DNA of 64,000 nt, from assembly GCF_055900595.2 (NCBI RefSeq), contig NZ_CM148325.1. One strand, given 5' to 3'. Shown here in pieces: positions 12,530 to 25,184 of the stretch (positions within the stretch are counted from its first letter, which is position 1; every line of letters begins with the position of its first letter). Position numbers and translations under genes: made by a program. Under the pieces are notes generated by a model. That model made no database searches. It was not told where the DNA came from and saw only the letters and a list, made by a program, of their open reading frames with translations.

Positions 12530-13233
12530 TATTCTTCCTCTCCGCTATCTGGCTGATTCTCTTCGGTTTCATCGTTGAGTTGCAGATGATTTTCAATCGG
12601 CATTGCTTCGCCATCACGAATCAGGCGACGCTGTGCTTCACGGGGATCGTCGCCAGCACGCACATCGGCCCCGAAGCGGAACACCGATTCGGTAATGCGG
12701 AACTTACTGCTGTCATGGCCCATAAACCACACCATGCCTAAGCGACGCAGACGGTTGAGCGAAGAGCGTACTTTTTCCTGCAACTTCTGCCGGTCAACGT
12801 CTGAACCAGTAGAACGATTGTTCACCAGTTTCAGCAATTTTGCTTCATCGGCCAGGGTGAGCAGTTCGTCGTACAATTCCTGCTGGGTGAAAATCCCCTC
12901 ATTCGCCAGCCGTTCCGGACTGAGATAGAGATAACAGAGGATTTTCCCGACCATCATATCCAGTTCTGACAAGACGGAACGTGGGATCAGCGTGGTGGAA
13001 CGTGGGCGTAAATAGAAGAACCCCTCCGGTGCGCGAATAAGCTCAACGTTATAACGCGCGTAAAACTCTTCCAGATATTCCTGAAAATCCATCAGGAATG
13101 CATGATTATCCAGTTCGTCAAGGCCAATATGACGGCCTGAACGTAAGGCGCTATCCAGCGCCGGAAATAACGGATTCGCCAGTGCCTGCGCCAGCTTAAC
13201 CGGCATCACTTGTTCAATATTTGTCGATGACAT
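12529..13233 (-). CDS. mukE: chromosome partition protein MukE
   Basis: Track ORF 12529..13260; start set at [23 protein letters not shown].. (K-12 MukE N-terminus); shares a nucleotide with the mukB start region. Confidence 0.92.
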
Positions 13234-14536
13234 GCGCCTGTACCTTGGCTCCGTAATCATTAATCGGCTGCCATTTCGCTGGCAGTCCGGTGAAATCTGC
13301 TTGCGCTACGCCGAGGCGTACCGCCTGATCAATAACAATACGCGCAACGTCAAAGTGACGCGCACGCGGATACTGCGCCAGATATTCGCGTACCACCAGA
13401 CCAAGATCCAGCGGCACTTGTCTGGTTTTGTACACGGCAAGTTGTTCTTCGATGATCGCCGCCAGCTGTTCGCGGATCTCATTAAACTCTTCGTACTCCA
13501 GATCCTCAGGAAGTTCCCCAGTCACTTCTTCATCGCGCAATGCCATCTCTTCGTCACGCATATCCAGCAGACGATCGGCATTGGCATAAGTTAGCGCCCA
13601 CGGCTCATCAAAATAGGTTTGAACCGACTGACGTAACCGCTGAGCAAAGACGCGATTTTTATCCATATCGATAGCGGTACGAATAAATTTGTGTACGTGG
13701 CGGTCGTAGCCAATCCATAAGTCGATGGATTGCTGGCCCCAGCTGATAATACGGTCGAGCTTGCTTTGCAGATCGAACACCAGACGATCGACGAAATGCA
13801 GATCATCATGAGTCATCGTCGCATCCTGAATGCGTAACAGATTAGCCTGCAATTTATCACCTGCCGCTTCCAGCGTATCCTGCAATTCACGCAGCGTTCC
13901 GGAAGTTTCTGAAAGCAACAATTCGCAGCTGGAAATCGCCGCCCGCCAGTCTTTGTTCAACAACTGGGCGATATCATCCTTCACCTGCTGCTGCTGTTCA
14001 TCCATCAGACGTTGCGTCAGGTCGATACTGTCGAAAATTTCTGCTACCGAATATTTCAGTGGCGCATAAACATTACGGTGCCAGTGAAATTCATCACCGC
14101 CCTCTTCGGCGGCATCTGCTGCGCGTTTGAGCTCACCCGCCACAATCGACAACTGCATTGAAAGGCGCAGCGTAGAAAACTCGCGCTGACGAATGTAATA
14201 GTCAGTGATGCCGATGCCGAGCGGCGTCAGACGGTAAATTGCGTTCCCTTCCGCCTGCTCGCTGGTAAAGCGGTTCAGCAGACGTTGACGCACCATGTCG
14301 TTGATCGCGTTGTTGGCGCGCACGCCGATGGTTTCGCTGGTTTGCTCAAACGCATCACTCACATGGCGGAATGCATCCACCAGCTCGCCTTCACTCATCT
14401 CACCATCCAGACGCTCGCCGTTCAGCGTGGCAACCGCCAGCAGAAAAGAGAGTCGGTCTACCGGCAGCGAGATGGAGAAGTCATTTTTTCTGGCCCAGGC
14501 AACCAGTTCGGGGACTGTCTGGGAAAATTCACTCAT
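13214..14536 (-). CDS. mukF: chromosome partition protein MukF (kleisin)
   Basis: 440-aa [48 protein letters not shown]..; matches MukF. Confidence 0.95.
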
Positions 14537-15318
14537 ACTTTATCCTTGCTCTGCGGTTTGCGCGCGGTGACATGAATATAACGCCCCAGGGTAATATACG
14601 GTTCCTGACGGCAATAACGCGTTTCTAATTCAAGTAATGCTTCATAGCAGTCGCGCTGCTGGTGCTTCTCGCGCAGATAATCATGAAACACGCGAACGCC
14701 TGTCTTACCCAGAATTTGCCAACCAGCTTCTTCCAGCCACAGATAAACCTGCGCCGGGTCGCGTGGATAATCTGGCGAAAGCGTCCGTTTTTTCTTTTTC
14801 GGCATTCCCGCCTGCACGTAATCAAAATTCCCGGCGACCATGTTATGCATCAACAAACCGTGCGCATTGTAGAACATTAACGACAACACACCGCCTGGAC
14901 ATAACACTGACCACAGGGTCTGCAATACGCTGCGGGGATCGGCCACCCACTCGAGCACCGCATGGAACAATATCAGATCAACGGGCGTTTCCAAATGCGA
15001 AGCAACATCCTGAGCGGCGCAATGTATAAATTGCATGTTGTCGCTCACACCTTTTGCTTCTGCCGCCTGTTTTGCGCGGTCGATCATCTGCGCTGAAAGA
15101 TCGCATAAAATGACCTGATGCCCACGCTCGGCCATTTTGATTGCGGTCTGCCCTTCTCCACCGCCAGCATCCAGCACACGCAGTTTTTGCGAGCCCATTT
15201 CCGCCAGCACGCGATCGAGATCCTGCCACAGAATAGCCTGTCGAAGCTGCCCTTTGGTGGTGCCGTAAATGTTACGGGAAAACTTTTCCGCAATATCATC
15301 AAAATTGCGATCCTGCAT
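14533..15318 (-). CDS. smtA: SAM-dependent methyltransferase SmtA/CmoM
   Basis: Track ORF 14533..15330; start set at [19 protein letters not shown]..; [12 protein letters not shown]-binding motif; 4-nt overlap with mukF start (operon smtA-mukFEB). Confidence 0.9.
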
Positions 15319-15453
15319 TGCTTTCTCCACCGGTTGGCTAAGACGTTTTCTGATAAAGACGCTATTTTGTCACAGCCACGGCGAGAATGAACCCGTCTGG
15401 TGTAATATCGCTGGCGATCCCTTGCTATATGGTCAAAAAAGGAACCAGAAAGG

Positions 15454-16233
15454 ATGCTTTTTACACTGAAAAAAGTGATTGGCAATATGTTGCTGCCACT
15501 TCCGCTGATGTTGCTGATTATTGGCGCTGGCCTGGCGCTGCTGTGGTTTAGCCGTTTTCAAAAAACCGGGAAGATTTTTATTAGCATTGGGTGGCTGGCG
15601 CTCTTGTTATTGAGTTTGCAACCGATAGCCGACCGCCTGCTGCGTCCCATCGAAAGCACCTATCCGACATGGAATAATTCGCAAAAAGTGGACTATATCG
15701 TGGTGCTCGGAGGTGGTTATACCTGGAACCCGCAGTGGGCACCGAGCTCTAATTTAATCAATAACAGTCTGCCACGCCTGAATGAAGGTATCCGCTTATG
15801 GCGCGAAAATCCGGGATCAAAACTGATCTTCACGGGAGGCGTAGCAAAAACCAATACGGTGAGTACAGCCGAAGTAGGTGCCCGAGTTGCGCAATCGCTG
15901 GGCGTGCCGCGCGAGCAAATTATCACTCTGGATTTGCCAAAAGATACCGAAGAAGAAGCTGCGGCAGTGAAACAGGCAATTGGTGACGCACCTTTCCTGC
16001 TGGTGACCTCCGCATCACATCTGCCGCGGGCGATGATCTTTTTTCAGCAGGAAGGGTTAAATCCGCTACCAGCCCCGGCGAATCAGTTGGCCATCGACTC
16101 GCCGCTTAATCCGTGGGAACGGGCAATCCCTTCTCCGGTTTGGTTGATGCATAGCGACCGCGTTGGCTATGAAACGCTTGGCCGGATCTGGCAGTGGCTG
16201 AAAGGTTCGTCAGGCGAGCCACGGCAAGAGTGA
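15454..16233 (+). CDS. elyC: envelope biogenesis factor ElyC (YcbC, DUF218)
   Basis: 259-aa ORF with N-terminal TM segment; matches K-12 YcbC; synteny. Confidence 0.88.
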   Translation: MLFTLKKVIGNMLLPLPLMLLIIGAGLALLWFSRFQKTGKIFISIGWLALLLLSLQPIADRLLRPIESTYPTWNNSQKVDYIVVLGGGYTWNPQWAPSSNLINNSLPRLNEGIRLWRENPGSKLIFTGGVAKTNTVSTAEVGARVAQSLGVPREQIITLDLPKDTEEEAAAVKQAIGDAPFLLVTSASHLPRAMIFFQQEGLNPLPAPANQLAIDSPLNPWERAIPSPVWLMHSDRVGYETLGRIWQWLKGSSGEPRQE

Positions 16234-17103
16234 TTTTGATGCCAGATCGAAGTTACGCCGACTAAATCGTCCGGTGTTGACCAGTTGCGCAACTTCATCC
16301 CATAACACATACAACCAACGCCGCCAGATGAACGACTCCGCCACTGGCGCGCGTTGCAGATAACTCCAGAGCAAATCTTCCGCCAGAGAATTATCCATTA
16401 GTCGGAACAGTTCGTATTCTCGCGGTGCCCAAAGCATTAGTCCCGGTCCGACCATCGCCAGTAACTGATCGCTGCGCGAATCTTTCAGCATGCTGCGTAA
16501 ACAGAAGTTACCGTGAATCAGCACACAATTGTCGTTAAAGCCTTCGAATAATGCCGGGAGACATTCGCGAGTGCGAAACAGGATCCGCTTATCCTGCATC
16601 GTTAGACCGGTGTTATTGAACTGATTGAGCGTAGTCCATAGCACTTCAACATGTTGCCGGTACCATGAGGGCCAGAAATTTTCCTGAGTATTGTCGACCG
16701 CGCCGACGCAACCACGACTGTCCTGACGGTGCCAGGCCAGTAAGGCTTCAACGATTTGGTCTTTGAGTTGTTCCCAGCGTTCTGGTGTTCGGGCTGGAGC
16801 CTCCACCGAAACACCACGCATCCGCTCCAGTAGCAGGACATCGGGGCCGGGGTGTTCTTCATGCGTCATCACACCATAAATAGTCGGCATACGGACAGTC
16901 CCACTTCTTGCCAGCATGGTGGTTTTCCATGCCAGCTGTCGGGCTTTTCCGGGCGTACTAAAGCTTCTTGCCATTAACGGCATTGGGTTTCCCTGGCTGT
17001 CATACAAAGCCCACAACGCCGTATCCGCTTTTTCATTGACGCACTCAATACGACTGAGTTTTTCGCCCAGTAAATGGCTTAATTCGGCACGCAGCTGTTC
17101 CAT
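16210..17103 (-). CDS. ycbJ: putative phosphotransferase/kinase YcbJ
   Basis: 297-aa ORF matching K-12 YcbJ; convergent 24-nt overlap with elyC 3' end. Confidence 0.87.
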   Translation of the reverse strand: MEQLRAELSHLLGEKLSRIECVNEKADTALWALYDSQGNPMPLMARSFSTPGKARQLAWKTTMLARSGTVRMPTIYGVMTHEEHPGPDVLLLERMRGVSVEAPARTPERWEQLKDQIVEALLAWHRQDSRGCVGAVDNTQENFWPSWYRQHVEVLWTTLNQFNNTGLTMQDKRILFRTRECLPALFEGFNDNCVLIHGNFCLRSMLKDSRSDQLLAMVGPGLMLWAPREYELFRLMDNSLAEDLLWSYLQRAPVAESFIWRRWLYVLWDEVAQLVNTGRFSRRNFDLASKSLLPWLA

Positions 17104-17256
17104 TCAGATTACCCTCATAAAAGCTACTGCTTTCATAATGAGCGCCAATATAAAAGATGTCACCTGAATGAGATCAATTGTTGAAAAGAAAAATTGAGGA
17201 AAATCGTAACGGTACGACACTCCTCCCAAAATTGGCTGGAGTGTCGTGAAGTGAAA

Positions 17257-18182
<926 letters not shown>

Positions 18183-18233
18183 AGTTCCTCCAGATGGATC
18201 GGGTTATGAATGCATAAATCTTATCATAATCAT

Positions 18234-19466
18234 TTATGCGACGGGGTCTATTTCCCAGCCGGCGCGGCAATCAGTAAAGAGGCCTTGCGGGCAGCGTCCT
18301 AATGTCACCCGCGTTGCCTGCTGCCAGTTAGCGAAATCAGTAATCGCCTGACGTAACCCTTTTTGCAGCGTTGTCGTTGGTTTAATGCCTTCCTGTAACC
18401 ACAGAGAGATAACTTCAAGGATGCCTGTCTGGCGATGCATTTTGGCATCCATTCGCCCAACTAATTGCCCACGATGTAATAACGGCAGAACAAAATAGCC
18501 ATACTGGCGTTTCGGCGCTGGGGTATAGCACTCCAGCCGGTAGCTAAAATCAAAAAGCTGCTCCGCGCGTTTGCGATCCCAGACAACAGGATCAAAAGGC
18601 GAAAGTACCGCGCTGTGCGTTGCAGTGAGCTTTCCGGCGAGCGCGCGTTCGAGTAGCGGCAGCAAATCAGCATGCAGCCAAAGATTGCCCAATTTTTCAA
18701 CATGCACAGCAATGATTTGCTGCTGTTCAGCCCTCGCTTCGCGCCAAGCCGCCAGTGCCGGACGTTTCAGCCGATAGTAATCTGCCAGCCACTGTTCGCG
18801 GAATATGCCCAGTCTACGCGCACTGTTATCCAGCATGATGATTTCTGCTTCTGTTTGCGAAACGAGATCGCGCTCATCATCCCAGTCAGGCATGACACGG
18901 TGGGTTAAATCATAAACGCGCTGGAAGTTGCGCCGTTCAATCACCATCACCTTTCCGGCAGTAAATAAACCTTCCAGATGCCGTTTATGCGGCTTCCATT
19001 CCCACCAGCCGCTTGCACCTTTACGAGAATGCTCGAAATCGGCTGAACGTACCGGCCCCTTATCATGAATATGTTGAATTAACTGTGCAATTTCTGCCGC
19101 ATGTTCCTGCATCCAGGCGTCTTTGTATTTCCAGCCCATTTTTTCAGGTGCCAGCATGCGGTGGCGAATAAGACGAAAATCGCTACGTGGCATAAAGCAG
19201 GCTTCATGCGCCCAGTATTCCATTAATTCGCCACGCGCCAGAGACTCATCCAACCAATGCGCAGGATAATTTCCCAGACGACTGAAAAGCACTAGATATG
19301 GGCTACGGGCAACAATATTGATGGTATCAATTTGCAGCAAGGACATGCGGGAAATCGTTGCCAGAATATCTTCCAACGACGCTCGACGGCGGGGTTTGTT
19401 TAACAGGCCTTGCGCAGCAAGGTGAAGATTACGCGCATCAGCAAGGGAGAGGTGCGGCAGCGACAT
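18234..19466 (-). CDS. ycaQ: winged-helix DNA glycosylase-like protein YcaQ
   Basis: 410-aa ORF matching K-12 YcaQ; synteny. Confidence 0.87.
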   Translation of the reverse strand: MSLPHLSLADARNLHLAAQGLLNKPRRRASLEDILATISRMSLLQIDTINIVARSPYLVLFSRLGNYPAHWLDESLARGELMEYWAHEACFMPRSDFRLIRHRMLAPEKMGWKYKDAWMQEHAAEIAQLIQHIHDKGPVRSADFEHSRKGASGWWEWKPHKRHLEGLFTAGKVMVIERRNFQRVYDLTHRVMPDWDDERDLVSQTEAEIIMLDNSARRLGIFREQWLADYYRLKRPALAAWREARAEQQQIIAVHVEKLGNLWLHADLLPLLERALAGKLTATHSAVLSPFDPVVWDRKRAEQLFDFSYRLECYTPAPKRQYGYFVLPLLHRGQLVGRMDAKMHRQTGILEVISLWLQEGIKPTTTLQKGLRQAITDFANWQQATRVTLGRCPQGLFTDCRAGWEIDPVA

Positions 19467-19502
19467 TCATGACTCCATCAATCGAACGCTGCCGCGGCGT
19501 AA

Positions 19503-20489
19503 CTAGTTGCCAGAAGCCAGCGAGGTTAGTTGCGCAAGCAGTTTCGCTGGTTCATCGCCTGAAAGCTGTGCGTCAACAGGCAAATACCACCAATTTTCAT
19601 CTGCAAAGGCCCGGCATTTCACCGCATCTTTTTCAGTCATTACTAGCGTTTGCCCGTCGCTTACCAACGCGCTGACATCCTTATAATTCAAAGACTGATG
19701 ATCGGCCAGTGGTACACATTTTTCCGGTTGTACGCCCCACATCTTCAGCGTGGCAAAAAAGCGCGGCGGATGCCCAATCCCCGCCATCGCCACCACATGT
19801 TCAAGTTGAGCAACGTCACAACGCGTACCGGTACGTAAATTCACCGCCTGCCCCGGCAGCAGATGCATGGGGATTTCACCGCTGCGGGGGACACCGCCGT
19901 TGACGATTACCGCATCAACCGACTTTAAGCGCCCCGCTCGCTCACGCATTGGCCCCGCCGGCAACCACCAGCCATTGCCAAAGCGACGCACGCCATCAAT
20001 AACGACGATTTCCACATCACGCGCCAGATGATAATGCTGTAAACCGTCGTCGGTTACGATGATCTGCACATCAGGGTGTTGCGCCAGAATGGCTTTTACC
20101 GCATCAGAACGCACGGGAGAAACCGCAACAGGCGCGCCAGTGCGTTGATAAATCAACACAGGTTCATCACCCGCCTGTGCTGTGGTGGTATCTACCGACA
20201 ATAGCAGCGGATAAGATTCAGCCTTACCGCCATATCCCCGGGACACGACTCCCACGCGAATACCGCGCTGTTGCAACTGTTCCACCAGCCAGACAACGAC
20301 CGGAGTTTTTCCGTTGCCGCCAGCGGTGAGATTACCAACCACGACAACCGGTACGGGGGCACGCCAGGCGCGCTTCAGTTTTAGTTTATAGCAAAGACGG
20401 ATCGCGCCACTCACCAGACCATACAACCAGGAGAGTGGCAGCAATAGCCGCCACAAAGGGGATTCACCAGACCAGATTTTTTCGATCAT
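19503..20489 (-). CDS. lpxK: tetraacyldisaccharide 4'-kinase
   Basis: 328-aa ORF with P-loop [12 protein letters not shown]; matches LpxK; overlaps msbA stop. Confidence 0.95.
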   Translation of the reverse strand: MIEKIWSGESPLWRLLLPLSWLYGLVSGAIRLCYKLKLKRAWRAPVPVVVVGNLTAGGNGKTPVVVWLVEQLQQRGIRVGVVSRGYGGKAESYPLLLSVDTTTAQAGDEPVLIYQRTGAPVAVSPVRSDAVKAILAQHPDVQIIVTDDGLQHYHLARDVEIVVIDGVRRFGNGWWLPAGPMRERAGRLKSVDAVIVNGGVPRSGEIPMHLLPGQAVNLRTGTRCDVAQLEHVVAMAGIGHPPRFFATLKMWGVQPEKCVPLADHQSLNYKDVSALVSDGQTLVMTEKDAVKCRAFADENWWYLPVDAQLSGDEPAKLLAQLTSLASGN

Positions 20490-22234
20490 TGGCCAAACTG
20501 CATTTTGTGAAGTTGCGCGTAAACGCCACGGTGCTCAAGCAAATCGTTATGCGTACCGCGTTCCACAATGACACCATCCTCGACGACCACGATTTCGTCT
20601 GCCTTTTCAATGGTAGACAAGCGGTGGGCAATCACCAGAGAGGTACGGTTTTTCTGCAACTCATCAAGTGCCGCCTGAATCGCACGTTCAGATTCGGTAT
20701 CCAGCGCCGAGGTAGCTTCGTCCAGAATCAGAATCGGGCTATCACGCAACAAGGCTCGAGCGATGGCAATACGCTGACGCTGACCGCCAGAGAGCAGCAC
20801 GCCGTTTTCACCAATCACTGTATCGAGACCGTTATCCATCTTATTGATGAAGTCCATGGCGTAGGCCATACGCGCCGCTTCTTCAATTTGCTCACGGCTG
20901 TACTGTTCTGTCCGTGCGTAAGCAATGTTGTTGGCAACCGTATCGTTAAACAGATGGACATTCTGCGACACCAGAGCAACCTGGTTACGTAAAGACGCCA
21001 GGGTATACTCGCGCAGATCGTGACCATCCATCAGGATTTCGCCTTCATCAATATCGTAAAAACGTGTGATTAGGCTGGCGATGGTTGATTTACCTGAACC
21101 AGAGCGTCCAACCAGAGCGACCGTTTTTCCTGCCGGAATTTTCAGGTTGATGTTACGCAATGCGGGCACGTCACGTCCTGGATAAGTAAAGGTGACATTG
21201 CGGAATTCCACGTCGCCAGTCGCACGCTCGATCACGCGCTTACCTTCGTCTTTCTCCTGCTCACTGTCCAGAATGGTAAACAGCGTCTGACAAGCCGCCA
21301 TACCGCGCTGGAACTGGGCGTTAACGTTGGTCAGCGATTTCAGCGGACGCATCAGTGCAATCATTGAAGAGAAAACAACGGTAATCGTACCGGCAGTCAG
21401 GTTATCCATAACACTTGGGAAGCTCGCCGCATACAGAACAAACGCCAGCGCCAAAGAGGCGATCAGCTGAATGATCGGATCAGAGATAGAAGAGGCTGAA
21501 ACCATTTTCATCCCCTGAAGACGCATTCGGTTACTGACTTTATCGAAGCGTTTCGTTTCCACTTCCTGACCACCGAAAATCAATACTTCTTTGTGGCCCT
21601 TCAGCATTTGTTCTGCGCTGGTGGTCACCTGACCCATGGTGTTCTGCATGTTTTTACTGATGTTGCGAAAACGCTTCGATACGACACGAATCGCAATCGA
21701 AACAATCGGTGCCAGCACAATTAAAATGATCGACAGTTGCCAGCTGTAATAGAACATCATGATGAACAGGCCGATGATCGACGCACCTTCACGCACAACA
21801 GTAATCAATGCGCCGGAAGAAGAAGAAGCAACCTGTTCGGAATCGTAGGTGATACGCGACAACAGCGTACCCGTTGACTGTTTGTCAAAAAATGAAACGG
21901 GCATTCCCATCATGTGACCAAACAGGCGGCGACGCATAGTCATTACCACCTTTCCTGATACCCAGGAGATACAGTAGCTGGAAACATAGCTGGTGATACC
22001 ACGTAAAATCATCAGCCCGATCACCACCAGCGGCATCCACACCAGCACGGAGCGATCTGTTTTACCAAAGCCATCATCAAGAAGTGGCTTAAGGAGCGAT
22101 AACATGAAGGTATCGCTGGCTGCGTTGAGGATTAACGCTACGCCCGCCACGATCAGACCCGCTTTAAAAGGCGCAATGGTTGGCCACAGTCGGCGGAACG
22201 TCTGCCACGTAGAGAGATCTTTGTCGTTATGCAT
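20486..22234 (-). CDS. msbA: lipid A export ABC transporter MsbA
   Basis: 582-aa ORF with Walker [10 protein letters not shown] and signature LSGGQRQR; matches MsbA. Confidence 0.97.
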   Translation of the reverse strand: MHNDKDLSTWQTFRRLWPTIAPFKAGLIVAGVALILNAASDTFMLSLLKPLLDDGFGKTDRSVLVWMPLVVIGLMILRGITSYVSSYCISWVSGKVVMTMRRRLFGHMMGMPVSFFDKQSTGTLLSRITYDSEQVASSSSGALITVVREGASIIGLFIMMFYYSWQLSIILIVLAPIVSIAIRVVSKRFRNISKNMQNTMGQVTTSAEQMLKGHKEVLIFGGQEVETKRFDKVSNRMRLQGMKMVSASSISDPIIQLIASLALAFVLYAASFPSVMDNLTAGTITVVFSSMIALMRPLKSLTNVNAQFQRGMAACQTLFTILDSEQEKDEGKRVIERATGDVEFRNVTFTYPGRDVPALRNINLKIPAGKTVALVGRSGSGKSTIASLITRFYDIDEGEILMDGHDLREYTLASLRNQVALVSQNVHLFNDTVANNIAYARTEQYSREQIEEAARMAYAMDFINKMDNGLDTVIGENGVLLSGGQRQRIAIARALLRDSPILILDEATSALDTESERAIQAALDELQKNRTSLVIAHRLSTIEKADEIVVVEDGVIVERGTHNDLLEHRGVYAQLHKMQFGQ

Positions 22235-22270
22235 TCAAAAAACCAGCATTTGTTGAAATAGCCGCATATT

Positions 22271-24535
22271 CTACCCGTTATCCACTGGCACGCCAAACCA
22301 CTGATGATACCAACGAGGTAAAATTTGCTCTCTGAGGCTGCTAATCCGCCAGCCTTGCGCTGAAAAATTGACCGTTATTTGACCCTGATGTGGAGTATCG
22401 AGCCACTTATAACCCTGTTGTTGATAGCGATGTTTAACTTTGCTTGAGGGCAGTCGCCATGCGTTATAGCGCGATGCCGATGCGAGTGCCACTTTTCCAT
22501 TCACTCGCTGAATTAATGGCAACGATGATGAGGTATTACTGCCATGGTGAGGTACCTGAAGTAATGTTGCTTGTACTTGCTGCCAGTAACGGCTTAGCAT
22601 CTTTTGTTCAGCGGGGGCTTCAATATCACCGGTTAGGAGAATGCTATTCGTCCCGTCATCAACCTTAACCACACAGGAATGGTTATTTCCTTTATCGTTG
22701 CTACCTTGTAAAGGCCAGTGCACGCTGAAACGCAATCCTTGCCATTGCCACGCTTCGCCACGCACACAGGGCTGATGATGTTCCCAGCTTAAAGGGCTTC
22801 TGACCCATAACGTCGGCCAGGCTCGTAATATCGAGTCCAGCCCTCCCCGATGATCCAGATGTTCATGACTCAAAATGACGCCTTCTGGTTCAAGATTATG
22901 CCAGCGTAGCCAGGGGATAATCAGTTGTTGCCCACTATCCCCCTCCGGCCAGGCCAGTCCGGTGTCATAGAGAATCGCTTTACCGTTTCTGGCTATCACC
23001 ATTGCCAGCCCTTGCCCGACATCAAGCATGTACACCTGCCACGCGTCAGGTCGAGTTTTTTGCCACAGCGGCCAGCACATCAGCAAGCCTCCAGCCACAC
23101 ACATTGCCGGCAACGCTCGCCAGGCGTTTAATCGCCATACCACCAGTAAGAACCATGGGGAAAATGATAGCCATTGCCAACGTTCAGCAATGTTGATCCA
23201 CCCTTCCGGCAAACTCTTTAACCCCCAGAAAAGTAAAGCCAAAGACCGGTCGGCAAGAAACCATACTCCTTGCTCCACGATTAACGGCCCGCTTAAATGC
23301 ATAACCATCGCTGCGAGGATCAACGGAACCGTGATAAATGTCACCAGGGGAATTGCAAATAGGTTTGCAATAAACGAGGTCAGACTAATGCCATGAAATA
23401 TGACGATTTGCACAGGCATTAGCAGGAGCGTGATTCCCAGTTGTAGATGGATGAGGGCAACAACCGCGCGCAATACTGGCGGCAGTTGCCACTCCGGACA
23501 GGGAAACCACTGATACCAAAAAATCAGCGCCGCTACCGCAGCGGCAGAGAGCCATAAACTTTGCGAAAGAATGGCAACAGGATCCATCAGCAAAATTGCC
23601 GCCAGACAACATATCCATACATCCCAGCCACTCCATTGTCGTCCACTTAACTTAAGCATTCCCCAAATGGCAAGCGCCACCACGGTACGCAATGCAGGAG
23701 GTTGCATTCCCGTTAGCCAGGCATAAAAAGCAGCACAGCAGATTCCGCCAATTAATGGCATTTGCCAGTGGATCCAGCACCCAGGCAGAAAAACTTGCCC
23801 ACCGCGAATGAGTCCTGCAGCCAGCAACGCCGCAAAAGCGATGTGCAATCCTGATATCGCCATTAAATGCGCCGTTCCAGTATCACGCATGATATTTTTG
23901 ATTTCTTTGGGGACGGATAACCGTTCCCCCATACCTAATCCAAGAATAACCGCGTTCCACATATAGGGTTGCAGCGTTGTTTGTAGTGACGCCAGATACT
24001 GTGCACGCAGGCTACAATTCGGTTCAATGACACTTGCCTGCAGAAAACGGCCGGTGAGCGGTTGATGCTGGGCAATGGCATAACGCTGGCTATCAAAGCC
24101 GCCATCATTAAGTTGACCATGAACTGCACGAACTTTGAGTTTCATTGACCATACTTGTCCGGCACAAACCGCTTGCGGAAGATATTCGCCATACAGTACG
24201 AGGCCTGGCGCAGGGAATATACGTCGACCTTGTAGATGAGTAATTTGACCGTAATGAGTGGTCATGCCGTCAGTAGCAATGATCTCAACAATTGCATCCT
24301 GCGTCGAGCCAGTTAAGGTTTCTCCTGCCCACAAAATTTGCTTTGCTGCTAATATGCCCCAAACGAAAAACAGCAACGTCAGCGCGATATAACGGACGGT
24401 TTTAACAGGGATAAATGCCAGTACACAGGCGAAGATAGTCAGAAGCGCAAGGGTTACTGTCCCTGGCAATTGGGGCAAAATCAGCAACGGAAAAATTCCG
24501 CAAATTATGCATACTCCGACTGTCGTTATTTTCAT
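22271..24535 (-). CDS. ycaI: ComEC-family inner membrane protein YcaI
   Basis: Track ORF 22271..24565; start set at MKITTVGVCIICGIFPLL.. (K-12 N-terminus); polytopic membrane domain plus C-terminal metallo-beta-lactamase-like domain. Confidence 0.88.
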   Translation of the reverse strand: MKITTVGVCIICGIFPLLILPQLPGTVTLALLTIFACVLAFIPVKTVRYIALTLLFFVWGILAAKQILWAGETLTGSTQDAIVEIIATDGMTTHYGQITHLQGRRIFPAPGLVLYGEYLPQAVCAGQVWSMKLKVRAVHGQLNDGGFDSQRYAIAQHQPLTGRFLQASVIEPNCSLRAQYLASLQTTLQPYMWNAVILGLGMGERLSVPKEIKNIMRDTGTAHLMAISGLHIAFAALLAAGLIRGGQVFLPGCWIHWQMPLIGGICCAAFYAWLTGMQPPALRTVVALAIWGMLKLSGRQWSGWDVWICCLAAILLMDPVAILSQSLWLSAAAVAALIFWYQWFPCPEWQLPPVLRAVVALIHLQLGITLLLMPVQIVIFHGISLTSFIANLFAIPLVTFITVPLILAAMVMHLSGPLIVEQGVWFLADRSLALLFWGLKSLPEGWINIAERWQWLSFSPWFLLVVWRLNAWRALPAMCVAGGLLMCWPLWQKTRPDAWQVYMLDVGQGLAMVIARNGKAILYDTGLAWPEGDSGQQLIIPWLRWHNLEPEGVILSHEHLDHRGGLDSILRAWPTLWVRSPLSWEHHQPCVRGEAWQWQGLRFSVHWPLQGSNDKGNNHSCVVKVDDGTNSILLTGDIEAPAEQKMLSRYWQQVQATLLQVPHHGSNTSSSLPLIQRVNGKVALASASRYNAWRLPSSKVKHRYQQQGYKWLDTPHQGQITVNFSAQGWRISSLREQILPRWYHQWFGVPVDNG

Positions 24536-24690
24536 GCACCCTCCCTGTTTATAGAAAGTGTGCAACTTTGTTGAATGGTTGTCTGGTGGGAGTTTTGCGT
24601 TCCCCGAGGCACGTTCAGAAGAATTTAACGACAGGGTGAAAACTGCTCAAAACTCTGCGAGGCAGCTTCCAGTTCCAGATTAGAGAAATG

Positions 24691-24718
24691 AAAAAAGCAC
24701 CCGACAGGTGCTTTTCTC
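24691..24718 (-). terminator. rho-independent terminator after ihfB
   Basis: AGCACC-CGACA-GGTGCT hairpin with a U-run on the minus-strand transcript. Confidence 0.6.
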
Positions 24719-24740
24719 GCGTTCAAGTTTGAGTAAAAAC

Positions 24741-25025
24741 TTAACCGTAAATATTGGCGCGATCGCGCAGTTCTTTACCTGGTTTAAAGTGAGGAACGTA
24801 TTTTCCTTCCAGTTCTACTTTATCGCCAGTCTTCGGATTACGTCCGGTACGTGGTGCGCGGTAGTGCAAAGAGAAACTGCCGAAACCGCGGATTTCAATA
24901 CGCTCGCCCTGCGCAAGAGTCGAGGCCATATGCTCCAGCATCTCTTTTACTGCATCTTCAACCGTCTTGGCGGGAATGTGCGATTGCTGGGTGGCAAGTC
25001 TTTCTATCAATTCTGACTTGGTCAT
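24741..25025 (-). CDS. ihfB: integration host factor beta subunit
   Basis: 94-aa [59 protein letters not shown]..; matches IHF-beta. Confidence 0.96.
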
Positions 25026-25078
25026 GATTCCTCCGGTTCCTTAAAGGCAAATTTAGCGGCTGCTGTTGCTGCATTGAT

Positions 25079-25103
25079 TAAGGGCGGCCGTAGCCGCCCT
25101 TAG
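25079..25103 (-). terminator. terminator/attenuator hairpin after rpsA
   Basis: AAGGGCGGC-CGTA-GCCGCCCTT hairpin downstream of the rpsA stop. Confidence 0.5.
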
Positions 25104-25184
25104 TGCTTGATTACAGGACGAAACCTGCAATCTGTCAAGTAAACTCAACAAACTTCGGAATAAAAATCCCGAAGAGTCAGAGAA